Source: Pristiophorus japonicus
Taxonomy: Eukaryota
Length of the DNA stretch: 64,000 nt
NCBI RefSeq assembly: GCF_044704955.1
Contig: NC_091995.1
Location: 4,278,001 to 4,342,000 of the forward strand
Direction of reading: 5' to 3'
Position numbers and translations under genes: made by a program. A model generated the notes under the pieces. That model did no database searches, was not told the origin of the DNA, and saw only the letters and a list, made by a program, of their open reading frames with translations. Shown in pieces: positions 24,240 to 38,362 of this stretch. Position 1 is the stretch's first letter; each line of letters begins with the position of its first letter.

Positions 24240-26300
24240 GTAGTGATAGGGAGGGAGGAACTTAATACAATCACCCTCACTAAAGATGTAGTACTTGGTA
24301 AAATAATGGGGCTAAAGGCGGACAAGTCCCCCGGACCTGATGGCTTCCATTCTAGGGTCTTAAAAAAAGTGGCTGCAGAGACAGTGGATGCATTGGTTGT
24401 AATCTATCAAAATTCCCTGAATTCTGGGGAGTTCCCAGCGAATTGGAAAACCGCAAACATAACGCCCCATTTAAAAAAAGGAGGCGGACAGAAAACAGGA
24501 ACCTATAGACCAGTTAGCATAGCATTTGTAGTTTGGAAAATGCTGGATTCGATTATTAAGGAAGCAGTAGCAGGACATTTGGAAAAGCATAATTCAATCA
24601 AGCCGAGTCAACATGGTTTTATGAAGGGGAAATCATGTTTGACAAATTTGCTGGAGTTCTTTGAAGATGTAACGAGCAGGGTGGATAAGGGGGAACCAGT
24701 GGATGTGCTGTATTTGGATTTCCAGAAGGCATTCGATAAGGTGCCACATAAAAGGTTACTGCACAAGATAAAAGTCACAGGGTAGGGGGCAATATATTGG
24801 CATGAATAGAGGATTGTCGAGCTAACAGAAAACAGAGAGTCCGGATAAATGGGCCATTTTCCAGTTGACAAACAGTAACATGGGGTGCCACAGGGATCGG
24901 TGCTGGGGAGTCAACTATTTACAATCTATATCACTGGAATTCAGAAGAATGAGGGGATCTCATAGAAACATTTAAAATTCTGACGGGTTTAGACAGGTTA
25001 GATGCAGGAAGAATGTTCCCAATGTTGGGGAAGTCCAGAACCAGGGGTCACAGTCTAAGGATAAGGGGTAAGCCATTAGGACCGAGATGAGGAGAAACTT
25101 CTTCACCCAGAGTGGTGAACCTGTGGAATTCTCTACCACAGAAAGTTGTTGAGGCCAATTCACTAAATATATTCAAAAAGGAGTTAGATGTAGTCCTTAC
25201 GACTAGGGGGATCAAGGGGTATGGCGAGAAAGCAGGAATGGGGTACTGAAGTTGCATGTTCAGTCGTGAACTCATTGAATGGCGGTGTAGGCTCGAAGGG
25301 CTGAATGGCCTACTCCTGCACCTATTTTCTATGTTTTTTTAATGACTTGGATGAAGGGACTGAGTGTAATGTAGCCAAGTTTGCTGATGATACAAAGATG
25401 GATGCGAGAGCAAATTGAGAGGAGGGCACTAGAAATATGCAGAGGGATATAGGCCGGTTAAGTGAGTGGGCAAAAATTTGGCAGATGGAGTATAATGTGG
25501 GAATATGTGAGGTTATCCACTTTGGCAGAGAAAATAGAAAAGTAAATTATAATTTAAACGGAGAAAATTTGCAAACTGTTGCAGTACAAAGCGATCTGGG
25601 GGTCCTTGTGTATGAAACACACAGTATGCAGGTACAGACAGTAATCAGGAAGGCAAATGGAATGTTGGCCTTTATTGCAAGGGGGATGGAGTATAAAAGC
25701 AGAGAAGTCTTGCTACAACTGTACAGGGTATTGGTGAGGCCACACCTAGAGTACTGCGTACAGTTTTGGTCTCCGTGTTTAAGGAAGGATATACTTGCAT
25801 TGGAGGCTGTTCAGAGAAGGTTAACGAGGTTGATTCTGGAAATGAGGGGGTTGAATTATGAAAATGTGTTGAGTATTTGTGCCTATACTCATTGGAGTTC
25901 ATAAGAATGAGAGGTGATCTTATCAAAACATAAGATAATGAGGGGGCTCAACAAGCTGGATGCAGAGAGGATATGTCCACTCATCGGGGAAACTAAAACT
26001 AGGGGACATAGCCTCAGAATAAAGGGCTGCCAATTTAAAACTGAGATGAGGAGGAATTTCTTCTGAGGGTTGTAAATCTGTGGAATTCTCTGCCTTGGAG
26101 AGTTGTGGAGGCTGGGTCATTGAATATATTTAAGGCAGAGATTGACAGATTTTTGAATGATAAGGGAATAAAGGGTTATGGGGAGCGGGCAGGGAAGTGA
26201 AGCTGAGTCCATGATCAGATCAGCCACGATCTTATTAAACGGCGGAGCACGTTCGAGAGGCCAAATGGCCTACTCCTGCTCCTATTTCTTATGTTCTTGT
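24240..26300 (+). mobile_element. CR1 RT fragment with a second CR1 3' end nested at about 24931-25340
   Basis: KSPGPDG..QHGF..DFQKAFDKV. The host sequence ACAATCTATA/TTAATGACTTGG is split by a separate CR1 3' end. Confidence 0.9.
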
Positions 26301-26448
26301 GTTCAAACTGAGAAAATGGCAGGAAAATGCAGGCGGGGCGGGGGGGGGGGGGCGGGGTGTGGGTGTGGCAATGGGCAATGCCGAGGAGCGGGCAGGATAA
26401 TTCATGCACCCCCCGCCACAGAGAAACTGTTCCAAAGGGGAGCAAATA

Positions 26449-26695
26449 GAAAGAACTTGTTTTTATATCGGACTTTTTACGACCTCAGGACATCCGTAAA
26501 CTCTTTACAGCCAACGAAGAGTTTTTGAAGTGTAGCCACTATTGTAATGTAGTAAATGCCACAAGCAGTTTGTGCACAACAAGCTCCCACAAGCAGCAAC
26601 GTGACAATGACCAGATAACCTGTTTTCATGATGTTGGTTGATGGATAAATATTGTCCAGGACACCGGACGGAACTAACTCCTTGCATCATTCCCT
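26449..26695 (-). mobile_element. Deu-domain-type SINE fragment
   Basis: Core AAGCTCCCACAAGCAGCAA..GACCAGATAA..GATAAATATT shared with the copies at 32705, 53204 and 61745. Confidence 0.65.
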
Positions 26696-27469
26696 GTGGG
26701 GATTCCAGCGATCCCTTTAAGGACCACAGGTTGGGCCATTCTACAGACTGTTCCACTGGGTGAGACTTGCACAGCTCATGCACCGTCCAATGGAAGACCA
26801 AGATTGCACTGGGGTCCCATGTACATTATGGGATCCAGTTTGCATAAACTAATGAGGCTTCCCCCATGTTTAGTGCGGGAGCGCTGGATTCCTATTTCAC
26901 GGCTGTCACATAATTGTCAGGCGGGCCTTAGTGTGAACCAGGTGGGAAGCACTGCGGGTGATTTTTGACTCCTTACTGCTCCGTTTACGGTGTAAATCCG
27001 GGCGATTGTGAGATGTAAATCACACCCAACTACTTTATGCGGAGGGTATGGGAAGTAAGGAAGGCTTAGTTGGTTGAGGGTATCAGCAGCTTCAAGAGAG
27101 AGTTTGATAAGAGAACTTGCAAAAAGTGTAAATCCAAATAGGACTGAGCTGCCTGGCCTTGGAGAGTGGAATTGTGAGGGCTGGGGAGAGGGGAAGTCTA
27201 ATTTGGATGCACTGCCCTATTGGACACCCTGCCCTGTATCACAGCAAAAAACACACTTCAAAAGTAATACATTATGTGAATTAATTTGAGACATTTGTTA
27301 GGAACATTAGAAATGTAAGTTTCTCCTTCGGATGGAATTGCTGTGTATCTATTTCCATCGCATCGCTTGTGGTGGGCTCTGTCATTCCTGCAAAATATTT
27401 TATTCACAGCAGTATGTTCCTGTGGCCTTTGGAAACAGCTGCTAAAACATAATTTACAATCAATCTCTT

Positions 27470-27730
27470 CCCCTCCGCCCCCCTCCCCCATTCTCTGCCC
27501 CCCTCCACACCCCGTTCTCTGCCCCCCTCCTCCCGCTCTCTCTGCCCCTCTCCTCCCACTCTCTCTGCCCCACCTCCCCCCAGCTCTCTCTGCCCCCTAC
27601 TCTCTCTTCCCCCCTCCCCCCGCTCTCTCTGCCCCCCTCCCCTTGCTCTCTCTGCCCCCCTCCCTCTGTCCTCTCCGGCCCCCAGCTTTCCCTGCTCCCC
27701 CACCTTCTGTGCCCCCCTCAGCCCCTGTTT
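27470..27730. repeat. C/T-rich low-complexity repeat with (CTCTCTGCCCCC)-like units
   Basis: Visible directly. Confidence 0.8.
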
Positions 27731-27734
27731 GGGA

Positions 27735-29090
27735 CCTGTAGACCACTCCCACCAGTGACTTCTTTCCCTTATTATTTCTTGTCTCTACCCAAACTGATTC
27801 TACATCTTGATATTCTGAACCAATATAATTTCTCAGTACTGCACTGACCTCATCCCTTATTAACAGAGCTACCCCGCCTCCTTTTCCTTTCCACCTATCC
27901 TTACGAAATGGCAGATACCCCTGAAAATTCAGTTCCCAGTCTTTGTCACCTTGCAACCACGTCTCTGTAATGACTATCAGATCATACTCATTTATTTCTA
28001 TTTGTGCTGTCAACTCATCTATTTTATTACGAATGTTTTGTACATTCATATATGGAGCTTTTAATTTTATCTTATGTATATACGCTCTGTCCCTTCCTGT
28101 CTCACTCTGGTTATCATTACCCCTATCGCTACCCTGCACTTTGCCTTCTGCTTTCCCTTTGACTTTTTACATTTCCGCGCACTGTATCCCTCCCCCTGCC
28201 ACTATTTAATTTAAGGCCTTATCTACAGCCCTAGTTATTCAATTCACCAGGACACTGGTCCCAACCTGGTTCAAATGAAATCCGTCCCGACGGAACAGCT
28301 CCCTCCTATCCCAGTACTGGTGCCACTGCCCCGTGAATTGAAACCCATTCCTCCCACACCAGTCTTTGAACCACGCATTCATTTCTCTGATCCTATTTAC
28401 CCTCTGCAAATTTTTTCGTGAAGAAGGTAGTAATCCAGAGATTATTAGCTTTGTGATTCTGCTTTTTAATTTAGTCCCTAGCTGCTCATACTCCCTCAGC
28501 AGAGCCTCTTTCTTTCTACTATCTATGTCATTGGTACCGACGTGAACCACGGCAACTGGATCTTCCCCCTCCCACTCCAGGTTCATCTCCAGCCCAGAGG
28601 AGATATCTTTAACTGTGGCACCAGACATAGTGTTCGGGACTCACGCTCTCACCTGCAGAGAACAGTATATATCCCCCTAACTATACTGTCCCCTACCACT
28701 ACCACATTTCCTTTTACTCCCCCAACTTGAATGGCCCCCTGTCCCACGATGCTGTGGTCAGTTTGATCATCCTCCCTGCAGTCCCTGCTCTCGTCCACAC
28801 AGGGAGTAAGAGCCTCAAACCTATTGGACAAGAGCAAGGGCTGGATTCCCATACCTGCCTCACTCACAGTCACACCCTCCTGTCCCTGACCACCGACCAA
28901 ATTTGAATTATTTTACTTAACGGGTGTGACTCTCTGCTGGAACACAGCCTCCAGATAACTCTCTCCCTCCCTGATGTGTCGCAGTGGTTGAAGCTCGGAC
29001 TCAAGCTCATCAATACGGAGCCAAAGTTCCTCGAGCAGCCATCACTTATTGCAGACGTGGTCACCGTGGACCTCAATGGTGTCCACCAGC
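27735..29090 (-). mobile_element. 5' half of a CR1: ORF1 (SGNH/GDSL esterase) and start of ORF2
   Basis: VVVVGDSIVRG, VHVGTND, DGFHLN (esterase blocks), then LIVITETWL..GGGVALL..VVYR. Confidence 0.85.
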
Positions 29091-29514
29091 TAATGTTTCT
29101 TTAAATGGCAGAGTCTGGGGCAGCGCAGATTCACCAGAATGATTTGGCTCTGGACACAGCCCACTTATTTTCCCACCCTTTGGATTTCCTGCCATACACG
29201 GACAGGCCGATTGAAATGATATTCAAAGGACAGAAGTACATCACCAGATATATTTACAGTCATTTGTCCCACAGCAACACTCGGTGCAAGTGGCACCCGT
29301 TGATCTCTGGAACCTGGTGTTGCTGTGAGTGGTGCGGGGGACATTTAACATTGAGTGCGAAGTGATCGTTTAAAAAACACATGAAATTGTATCTGAAATT
29401 TACACCAGCGGAACTGAGGCTTCCCAGAGCCGGTGCAGCCATTCTTCGTTTCCCCATTCCCCTCCCAACCATTCCTACACATACTCCAGGGGGACTCCCG
29501 GGTTGAGCCGGGTA

Positions 29515-32146
29515 AAGAACATAAGAACATAAGAATTAGGAACAGGAGTAGGCCATCTAGCCCCTCGAGCCTGCCCCGCCATTCAATAAGATCATGGCTG
29601 ATCTGGTCATGGACTCAGCTCCACTTACCCGCCCTCTCCCCGTAACCCTTAATTCCCTTATTGGTTAAAAATCTATCTATCTGTGACTTGAAAACATTCA
29701 ATGAGCCAGCCTCAACTGCTTCCTTGGGCAGAGAATCCCACAAATTCTCAACCCTCTGGGAGAAGAAATTCTTTCTCAACTCGGTTTTAAATTGTCTCCT
29801 CCGTATTTTGAGGCTGTGCCCCCTAGTTCTAGTCTCCCCCACCAATGGAAACAACCTCTCTGCCTCTATCTTGTCTATCCCTTTCATGATTTTAAATGTT
29901 TCTATAAGATCACCCCTCATCCTTCTGAACTCCAAGGAGTAAAGACCCAGTCTACTCAATCTATCATCATAAGGTAACCCCCTCATTTCTCGAATCAGCC
30001 TAGTGAATCGTCTCTGTACCCCTTCCAAAGCTAGTATATCCTTCCTTAAGTAAGGTGACCAAAACTGCACGCAGTACTCCAGGTGCGGCATTACCAATAC
30101 CTTATACAGTTGCAGCAAGACCTCCCTGCTTTTGTACTCCATCCCTTTCGCAATGAAGGCCAAAAATCCATTTGCCTTCCTGATTACCTGCTGCACCTGC
30201 AAACTAACCTTTTCGGATTCATGCACAAGGACCCCCAGGTCCCTCTGCACCGCAGCATGTTGTAATTTCTCCCCATTCAAATAATATTCCCTTTTACTGT
30301 TTTTTTCCCAAGGTGGATAACTTCACACTTTCCGACATTGTATTCCATCTGCCAAACCTTAGCCCATTCGCTTAACCTATCCAAATCTCCTTGCAGTCTC
30401 TCTGAGTCCTCTACACAACCCGCTTTCCCACTAATCTTAGTGTCATCTGCAAATTTTGTTGCACTACACTCTGTCCCCTCTTATAGGTCATCTATGTATA
30501 TTGTAAACAGTTGTGGTCCCAGCACTGATCCCTGTGGCACACCACTAACCACTGATTTCCAACCGGAAAAGGACCCAATTATCCCGACTCTCTGCTTCGC
30601 CAGCCAATTCTCTATCCATGCTAATACATTTCCTCTGACTCCGCGTACCTTTATCTTCTGTGGTAACCTTTTATGTGGCACCTTATCGAATGTCTTTTGG
30701 AAATCTAAATACACCACATCCATCGGTACACCTCTATCCACCATGCTCGTTATATCCTCAAAGAATTTCAGTAAGTTAGTTAAACATGATTTCCCTTTCA
30801 TGAATCCATGCTGCGTCTGCTTGATTGCACTATTCCTATCTAGATGTCCCGCTATTTCTTCCTTAATGATAGATTCAAGCATTTTCCCCACTACAGATAT
30901 TAAACTAACCGGCCTATAGTTACCTGCCTTTTTCCTGCCCCATTTTTTAAACAGAGGCGTTACATTAGCTGCTCTCCAATCCGCTGGTACCTCCCCAGAG
31001 TCCAGAGAATTTTGGTAGATTATAACGAATGCATCTGCTATAACTTCAGCCATCTCTTTTAATACCCTGGGATGTATTTCATCAGGACCAGGGGACTTGT
31101 CTACCTCTAGTCCCATTAGCCTGTCCAGCACTACTCCCCTAGTGATAGTGATTGTCTCAAGGTCCTCCCTTCCCACATTCCTGTGGCCTGCAAATTTTGG
31201 CATTGTTTTTGTGTCTTCCACTGTGAAGACGGAAGCAAAATAATTGTTTAAGATCTCAGCCATTTCCACATTTCCCATTATTAAATCTCCCTTCTCATCT
31301 TCTAAGGGACCAACATTTACTTTAGTCACTCTCTTCCGTTTTATATATCGGTAAAAGCTTTTACTATCTGATTTTATGTTTTGCGCCAGTTTGCTTTCGT
31401 AATCTATCTTTCCTTTCTTTATTTCTTTCTTAATCATTCTTTGCTGTCGTTTAAAATTTTCCCAATCTTCTAGTTTCCCACTAACCTTGGCCACCTTATA
31501 CGCATTGGTTTTTAATTTGATACTCTCCTTTATTTCCTTGGTTATCCACGGCTGGTTATCACTTTTCTTGCCGCCCTTCTTTTTCACTGGGATATATTTT
31601 TTTTGCGTACTATGAAAGAGCTCCTTAAAAGTCCTCCACTGTTCCTCAATTGTGCCACCGTTTAGTCCTTGTTTCCAGACTACTTTAGCCAACTCTGCCC
31701 TCATCCCACTGTAGTCCCCTTTGTTTAAGCATAGTACCCTCGTTTCTGATACAACTTCCTCATCCTCAATCTGTATTACAAATTCAACCATATTGTGATC
31801 ACTCATTCCTAGAGGATCTTTTACGAGGAGATCGTTTATTTTTCCTGTCTCATTACACAGGACCAGATCCAAGATGGCTTGCTCCCTTGTAGGCTCCGTT
31901 ACATACTGTTCTAAGAAACAGTCCCGTATGCATTCTATGAATTCCTCCTCCAGGCTACCCCCTGCGATTTGATTTGACCAGTCGATATGTAGGTCAAAAT
32001 CCCCCATGACTACTGTCGGTCCTTTTTCACATGCCTCCATTATTCCCTTGATTATTGCCCGCCCCACCGTGAAGTTATTATTTGGGGGCCTATAAACTAC
32101 GCCGACCAGTGACTTTTTCCCCTTACTATCTCTAATCTCCACCCAA
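29515..32146 (-). mobile_element. CR1 LINE ORF2 (endonuclease C-terminal half + RT + 3' UTR)
   Basis: ORFs 30481-32280 and 29615-30280; (TTCTTATG)n tail. Confidence 0.95.
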
Positions 32147-32704
32147 GTGGTGCAAATGACTCTGAAGTTGGAACAGCAGCCGGGGTCAGAGGTGCCTCTG
32201 TGTGGAAGGCAGCAGTCCCACCATGCTGGTGATGGGGGAGAGTCCTTCCTGTCGGAGGAAGATTTAAAGACCAATCCCAATAGGATATCGATTTACCCCC
32301 CTTTCATTTTCCACTGGTCTGTCCCACAGTACCACCCCCACTCCCTGTAATGTACTTCCTCTTTATCAGGGACTGGGAGGGCAGCACTGCCTCAGATGTG
32401 AATCCACAGATCCCAAAATCCCCGATACACAGTTTGAGTATCCCGAGATTTTTTTCTGCTTCCAAAAATGATCTATATTTACTCAAACATATATAAACAA
32501 GCTCTAAATACATTCTGTACGATAGAAAGTAATCTTGGAATTCAAGCCTCCCTTTCAATGCAGCAATGCTCTGTCCCTCAACCACTCCTTGTGGCAGCAA
32601 GTTCCACATTCTCGACAGAAAATCCACTGCATCTTCTCTCCAGACTTCCTCTGCAAACAAACACTCCAGAAGCAGGTGGGTAACTGCCTCTGCCCCAGGG
32701 GTAG

Positions 32705-33070
32705 GTGTCAGTTGTGGCTCAGGGGCAGCGCTCTCACCTCTGGGTCAGAAGGTCGTCGGATCGAGTCTCACCTCAAATATTTGTGCACATAATCCCAGTG
32801 CATTAGTGAGGGGGCACTGCACTGTCAGACCTTAAACTGCCGCCCAGTCTGTCATCGCACTATTCCAACATGAGCAGGGAGTTCTCCCCAGTGTCCTGGT
32901 TCATATTTATCCCTCAACCAACACTTCAAATAGATGCTCCTGTCATTTATTTCATTGCTGTGTGTGAGAGCTTGCTGTGCTCAATTGGCTGATGTGCTTC
33001 CCTATATCACAACAGTGACAACACTTCAAAAGTAATTAAAGCGCTTTATATAAATGCAAGTTCTTTCTTT
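32705..33070 (+). mobile_element. tRNA-headed Deu-domain-type SINE
   Basis: GTGGCTCAG..GGATCGAGTC tRNA-like head, shared core, 3' end TATAAATGCAAGT. Confidence 0.65.
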
Positions 33071-36000
33071 CTAGCAGATCCAATAGAACCTCACAGATAC
33101 AGTCCCTCTAAAGCTCTGCTCTGGACCTGTCACCTGATATCACCCTTTGACATTTAGGGCACTTTGTGTTTTAGGGTGAGCGGCTGCAATCATTAACACA
33201 ATTCAGTTTATGGATCTCTATCTCACACCGTGTGTCACCAGAGGGTTTGTGGTCGGCAGTGAGTTCAGTCTGGAGCAAAGTGCACTGGAATCTGGAATCC
33301 CGGCCATCCCAACCTCCTCCCTCCCTCTCTCCCTCCTCCCACTGCCAACACCCCATGGACTGTCACCCTCCCGGCCAGGGTTCAGTTATTCCCCTCCATG
33401 ATCTATCCTTGTTTGTCCTTCAAACTGTTCTAGGATTTATCTCCCTGTGTAAAGATCGATGGGACATAGATGAGTGAATAATACTAATTCCCTGAGCGTT
33501 ACAGTGAACTTCATCGGGAAATTGCTGATCTGAAGGTGTTTGGCAGCTCAGTAACATCCAAACTGACAGTGGATTGAATCAGGAAGTGCTGAGTGTGAAC
33601 ATGGCTTCCACAGAGCAAGCCGAGGATTTAAATTGTCCCATTTGTCTGGATTTCTTCACCGACCCGGTAATGCTGGAGTGTGGGAACAACTTCTGCCACT
33701 CCTGTATCACACAGTGTTGGGAAAAGAAGGAGACAAACTCCTGCCCGGAATGTAGAGTGGAGTTTCCAGAAAAAAAACCTCAAGGTTAATCGGCCCTTAG
33801 CGAGTCTGGCCGAGAAAGCTCGAAAATTAACCCGGATTCCGAAAGAGAAGGAAAGTAAACGTCACTGTGAGGAACATCTGGAAGAACTGAAGCTGTTTTG
33901 TGAAACTGACAAGAAACTGATCTGTGTGATCTGTAGAGATGCGCGGGAACACAGAGAGCATCGCTTCATGCCCATTAAAGAAGCTGTTGGAATCAACAAG
34001 GTAAAAGGGAACCGATTGGATCACCTGGTTATTTCAGCACATTTTCATGGTCTAACACTTTTATTGTGATTTTTCCCTCCCAATCCCAGGATCGGATGAA
34101 ATCTTCCTTAGATTCTCTCACAGTGAAGAAATCGGCGGCTCTCGAAACGGAATTAAAACAGAAACAGCTGATTTCCGGAGTTAGGGTAAGGTCTCCCTGA
34201 GCTGATTTCCTGGGATCTCGGTTAGTTTTGTTCCCTCTATCGCGGTACATTAATTATGTTTCACATTTCATTTGGTAGGAATAGTCGAGCAGTCTGCAGA
34301 CCCGCATCACATCCGAGTTCGCTAAAATGCACCAGATTCTCACTGAGAAAGAGCAGCGTTTAATCCGAGATCTCAGGGAACAAGAGGGGAAGATTCTAGA
34401 AACAATGGATAAAAACCTTCGGGAAATTCAAGAGAATTTAAATTCTATTCAGGAGGAGCTCTCAAAGTTGCAGAAACAGATGGAGCAAAAAGACGGACTG
34501 ATATTTCTGAAGGTGAGGATTATATTGTGGGTCAGTTCAGTGAAACTTCACACAATCACAAAATAACCGATGATAACTGAAATAAATGCAGCATTTGCTG
34601 AATAATTCAAAACTGATTCAAACCAATTGGTGCTTCTAATCGTGAGCGGTTCTGCTATCTACATGGAAAGATCTCAGTCCCACACCATCTGTAGAATCAT
34701 GGGAATGAGTTGCTGTGATCATAATACTTGGCTTATAATTATTTCTGTGCTGCCCCATAGTTTAATATCTCCCGGAACTCCCATTGCAATCCAGTTACAG
34801 TTCCATGTTGTGAGTGTGTGGGTGTGTGTGGTACGGTGGGTGTGACAGTCACTGTGTGTGTGAGTGGCACTGATGTTATGTTGCAGTATCTGACACACGA
34901 ATCAGAATGTTCAACTACTTACAATCATAGAATCCTACAGCACAGAAGGAGACCATTCAGTCCATCGTGCCTCTGCTGGCTCTTTGTAGGAGCGATCAAA
35001 ATAGTCCCACTTCCCCAGCTCTTTCTCCATAGCCCTACATTTTTTTTCCTTTTCAATTATTTATCATATTCCCTTTTGAAATGTAAGTTAAATGTGCTTC
35101 CTCCACCCTTTCAGTGAGAGTATTCCAGATGATGACAACTGACTGCTTAAAAAAAAAACCTCCCTTTTTTTTTAACCAATTAACTGAAAAGCGAGTCCTT
35201 TGGTTTGGACCCTCCTGCATTTTCTCCTTATTTACGCTATGTTAGGTTCATAATTTTGAACAACTCTATTAAATCTTCCATAAAACATCTCTGCTCGAGT
35301 GAGAATAATCCCAGCTTCTCCAGTTTTTCCGCATAATTTAAGTTTCTCATTCCTGATACCATTCGGCTAACCTGTTCTGCAGCCTCTCCAGATCCTGTAC
35401 ATCCTTCCTATAGCGTGGTGCCTGGAATTTGACGCAATAGTCCAGCTGAGTCCTAACAGTGATTTTTTAAAGTTTTGGCATAACTTCCTTGCATTTTACT
35501 CTGTACTATTTACACAGCTAATCTTCCATTATGGTGTTACAACATCGTTATCAACTTGCCCTGCCACCTTCACAGATGCGTGTGTGATCCCCCAGGTCTC
35601 TCTGTTCCTGCACCCCATTTAAAACTACCAATCGATTTATATTGCCTCTCATTCTTCCTTCCAAAAAGCATCACTTCACACTTTGTGCGAAGTTTCATCG
35701 CTCTGTGTCCTCCCATTTCACCAGTCTGTCACTGCATTCCCAGAGTCTGCTACTATCCTCCCCCTTGTAACAATCTGGGTGTAATTTCTACTATCCGGAT
35801 ATAGACGGTCAGTCTCCGTCAACTCACATTTGTGTTTTCCTTATTTCAGGAGGAAACTCAACGGAAGAGGAGGTAGGATATGCTCGTTACTGAAACTCTG
35901 CACAGTTGGGGAAATAAGTCAGAAAAGTATTTTTGGTCAAATTATAACATCAAATGTTTAATATTTACAGGATTAGTGAGGAAGATAACACGCTATCAGC

Positions 36001-36284
36001 AACAGATGGCACCCTGTCTATCGGAAAGTTCAACAGCCCTTTACAGTACACAGCGTGGAGAGAAATGATAGATGCCATTAACCCTGGTAAATCTCCTATA
36101 TTCCTTTCCTGATTTATAAATCCAGATGAGAAGCCGCTAAATACGCTCCTAGACCCCGGATTAAATTATCATATTGTCGGTCATTAATCCCAGGAGCCTT
36201 TCCATTTTCATATTTTGCTTTCTTGTGGGTCCCTCTGGGTAAGTGTCTGAAACCATCAGCACTGTGAGCCAGAGCAGTAAAGGG

Positions 36285-36990
36285 GTCTGTGTAACCAGAG
36301 GGATAGAGCACGGGTCTCAGGATCTATGTAACCAGAGGGATAGAGCACGGGTCTCGGGATCTGTGTAACCAGAGGGATAGAGCACGGGTCTCGGGATCTG
36401 TGTAACCAGAGGGATAGAGCACGGGTCTCAGGATCTGTGTAACCAGAGGGATAGAGCACGGGTCTCAGGATCTGTGCAACCAGAGGGATAGAGCACAGGT
36501 CTCAGGATCTATGTAACCAGAGGGATAGAACACGGTTCTCGGGATCTGTGTAACCAGAGGGATAGAGCATGGGTCTCAGGATCTATGTAACCAGAGAGAT
36601 AGAGCACGGTTCTCGGGATCTGTGTAACCAGAGGGATAGAGCATGGGTCTCAGGATCTGTGTAACCAGAGGGATAGAGCACGGGTCTCAGGATCTGTGTA
36701 ACCAGAGGGATAGAGCACGGGTCTCAGGATCTGTGTAACCAGAGGGAGAGAGCATGAGTCTCAGGATCTGTGTAACCAGAGGGATAGAGCTCGGGTCTCA
36801 GGATCTGTGTAACCAGAGGGATAGAGCACGAGTCTCATGATCTGTGTAACCAGAGGGATAGAGCACGAGTCTCATGATCTGTGTAACCAGAGGGATAGAG
36901 CACGGGTCTCAGGATCTGTGTAACCAGAGGGATAGAGCACGGGTCTCAAGATCTGTGTAACCAGAGGGATAGAGCATGGGTCTCAGGATG
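36285..36990. repeat. 37-bp minisatellite (GGATCTGTGTAACCAGAGGGATAGAGCACGGGTCTCA)n, about 19 copies
   Basis: Highly homogeneous head-to-tail units with no spacers. Confidence 0.95.
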
Positions 36991-37739
36991 TGAGACTGAA
37001 TTTGTAGAGACCAGCAGTCTGGCCCCATCTGAAGTTCTGGGTAACATTTTGATCAACATATTATCAGGAAGACATGCAGGCATTGGAGAGCAACTAATCC
37101 GATCGGTGAAAATGGGCATCTTAGTCAAGAGAAGAGGCTGCAGAATCAGGGAGCTTTTGCCCTGGATAAGGGAGGGGTTGGGGTGAACTTACTGAAGTTT
37201 AAAGATTCGAAACATTATAGAGGCTTAACACAGTCACAGAGTCTACAACAAGTTAGGGATAGCCTCAAGAAGATTAGGGCAGGTTTAATGGTGGTATTAA
37301 AATTGAGAGGTTTTCATGGAGGAGATGAGGAGAAACAGTTTCCTCAGGCAAGTGTTCTCTAACCAAAGGTCATAGATTGAAAATAATTGGCAAAAGAACG
37401 AGAGGGGAACTGAGAATCAATTGTTTCCCACAGAAGGTTGTTATGATCTGGAATGCACTCCCTGAAAGGGCGGTGGAAGCAGATTCACAGGAACGTTCCT
37501 CAGGCAATTGGACATGTTCTTGAAGGGAACTAAAAGCTGGAGTGTGGGACTGAATGGGACAGCTTTTTCCCAGACCCGGCACAGGCACTGCGGGATGAAT
37601 GGTCTCCTCCTGTGATGTGAGATTCTATGATTGTAGTTCAAACAGTAATTGGGTTGGATCACATTTCAGGCATCGGGGGCAGCCGCATCACTGGCTCTCC
37701 TCGCATTGTCTCCCGCTCCCCTGCGTTCTCTCTTCCCAA

Positions 37740-37866
37740 TCACGCTCTCTCTCTCTCTCTCTCTCTCTCGCCCCCCCAACCCTGCTGACTCTCCCTCCCC
37801 TCACTCGCTCTGCCGCTCCCCCCCCCATCCCCGCCAACACAGCGCTCTCTCCCCCTCCCACAACAC

Positions 37867-37900
<34 letters not shown>

Positions 37901-38323
37901 CCCAATCCTGCTCTCTCCCCCTCCCCCTCCCAATCCTGCTCTCTCCCTCAACCCGCGCTCTCCCCCCCCCAACCCCGATCTCTCTCCCCCGCCTAACCAC
38001 ACGCTCTCTCCCCCCCCAACTCCGCTCTCTCCCCCCGCAACCCCGCTCTCTCTCTGCCCCCCAACCCCGCTCTCTCTCCCCCCCCAACCCTGCTCTCCCT
38101 CCCCCCCAACCCTGCTCTCTCTCTCCCCCCCAACCCCGCTCTCTCTCCCCTCCCCAACCCCGCTCTCTCTCCCCCCCCAACCCCGCTCTCTCTCCCCCCC
38201 CAACCCCGCTCTCTCTCCCCTCCCCAACCCCGCTCTCTCTCCCCCCCCAACCCCGCTCTCTCTCCCCCCCAACTCTGCTCTCTCTCCCCCCTCCCCAATC
38301 CCGCTCTCTCTCCCACCCAACCC

Positions 38324-38362
<39 letters not shown>

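Noticed and set aside
30481-32280. 599-aa ORF with a novel N-terminus as a domesticated RT fusion
   Set aside because: Chance read-through from flank into a truncated CR1. The RT is interrupted by a stop before the FADD motif.
36285-36990. 37-bp repeat array as CRISPR
   Set aside because: Head-to-tail minisatellite without spacers, inside a TRIM intron.
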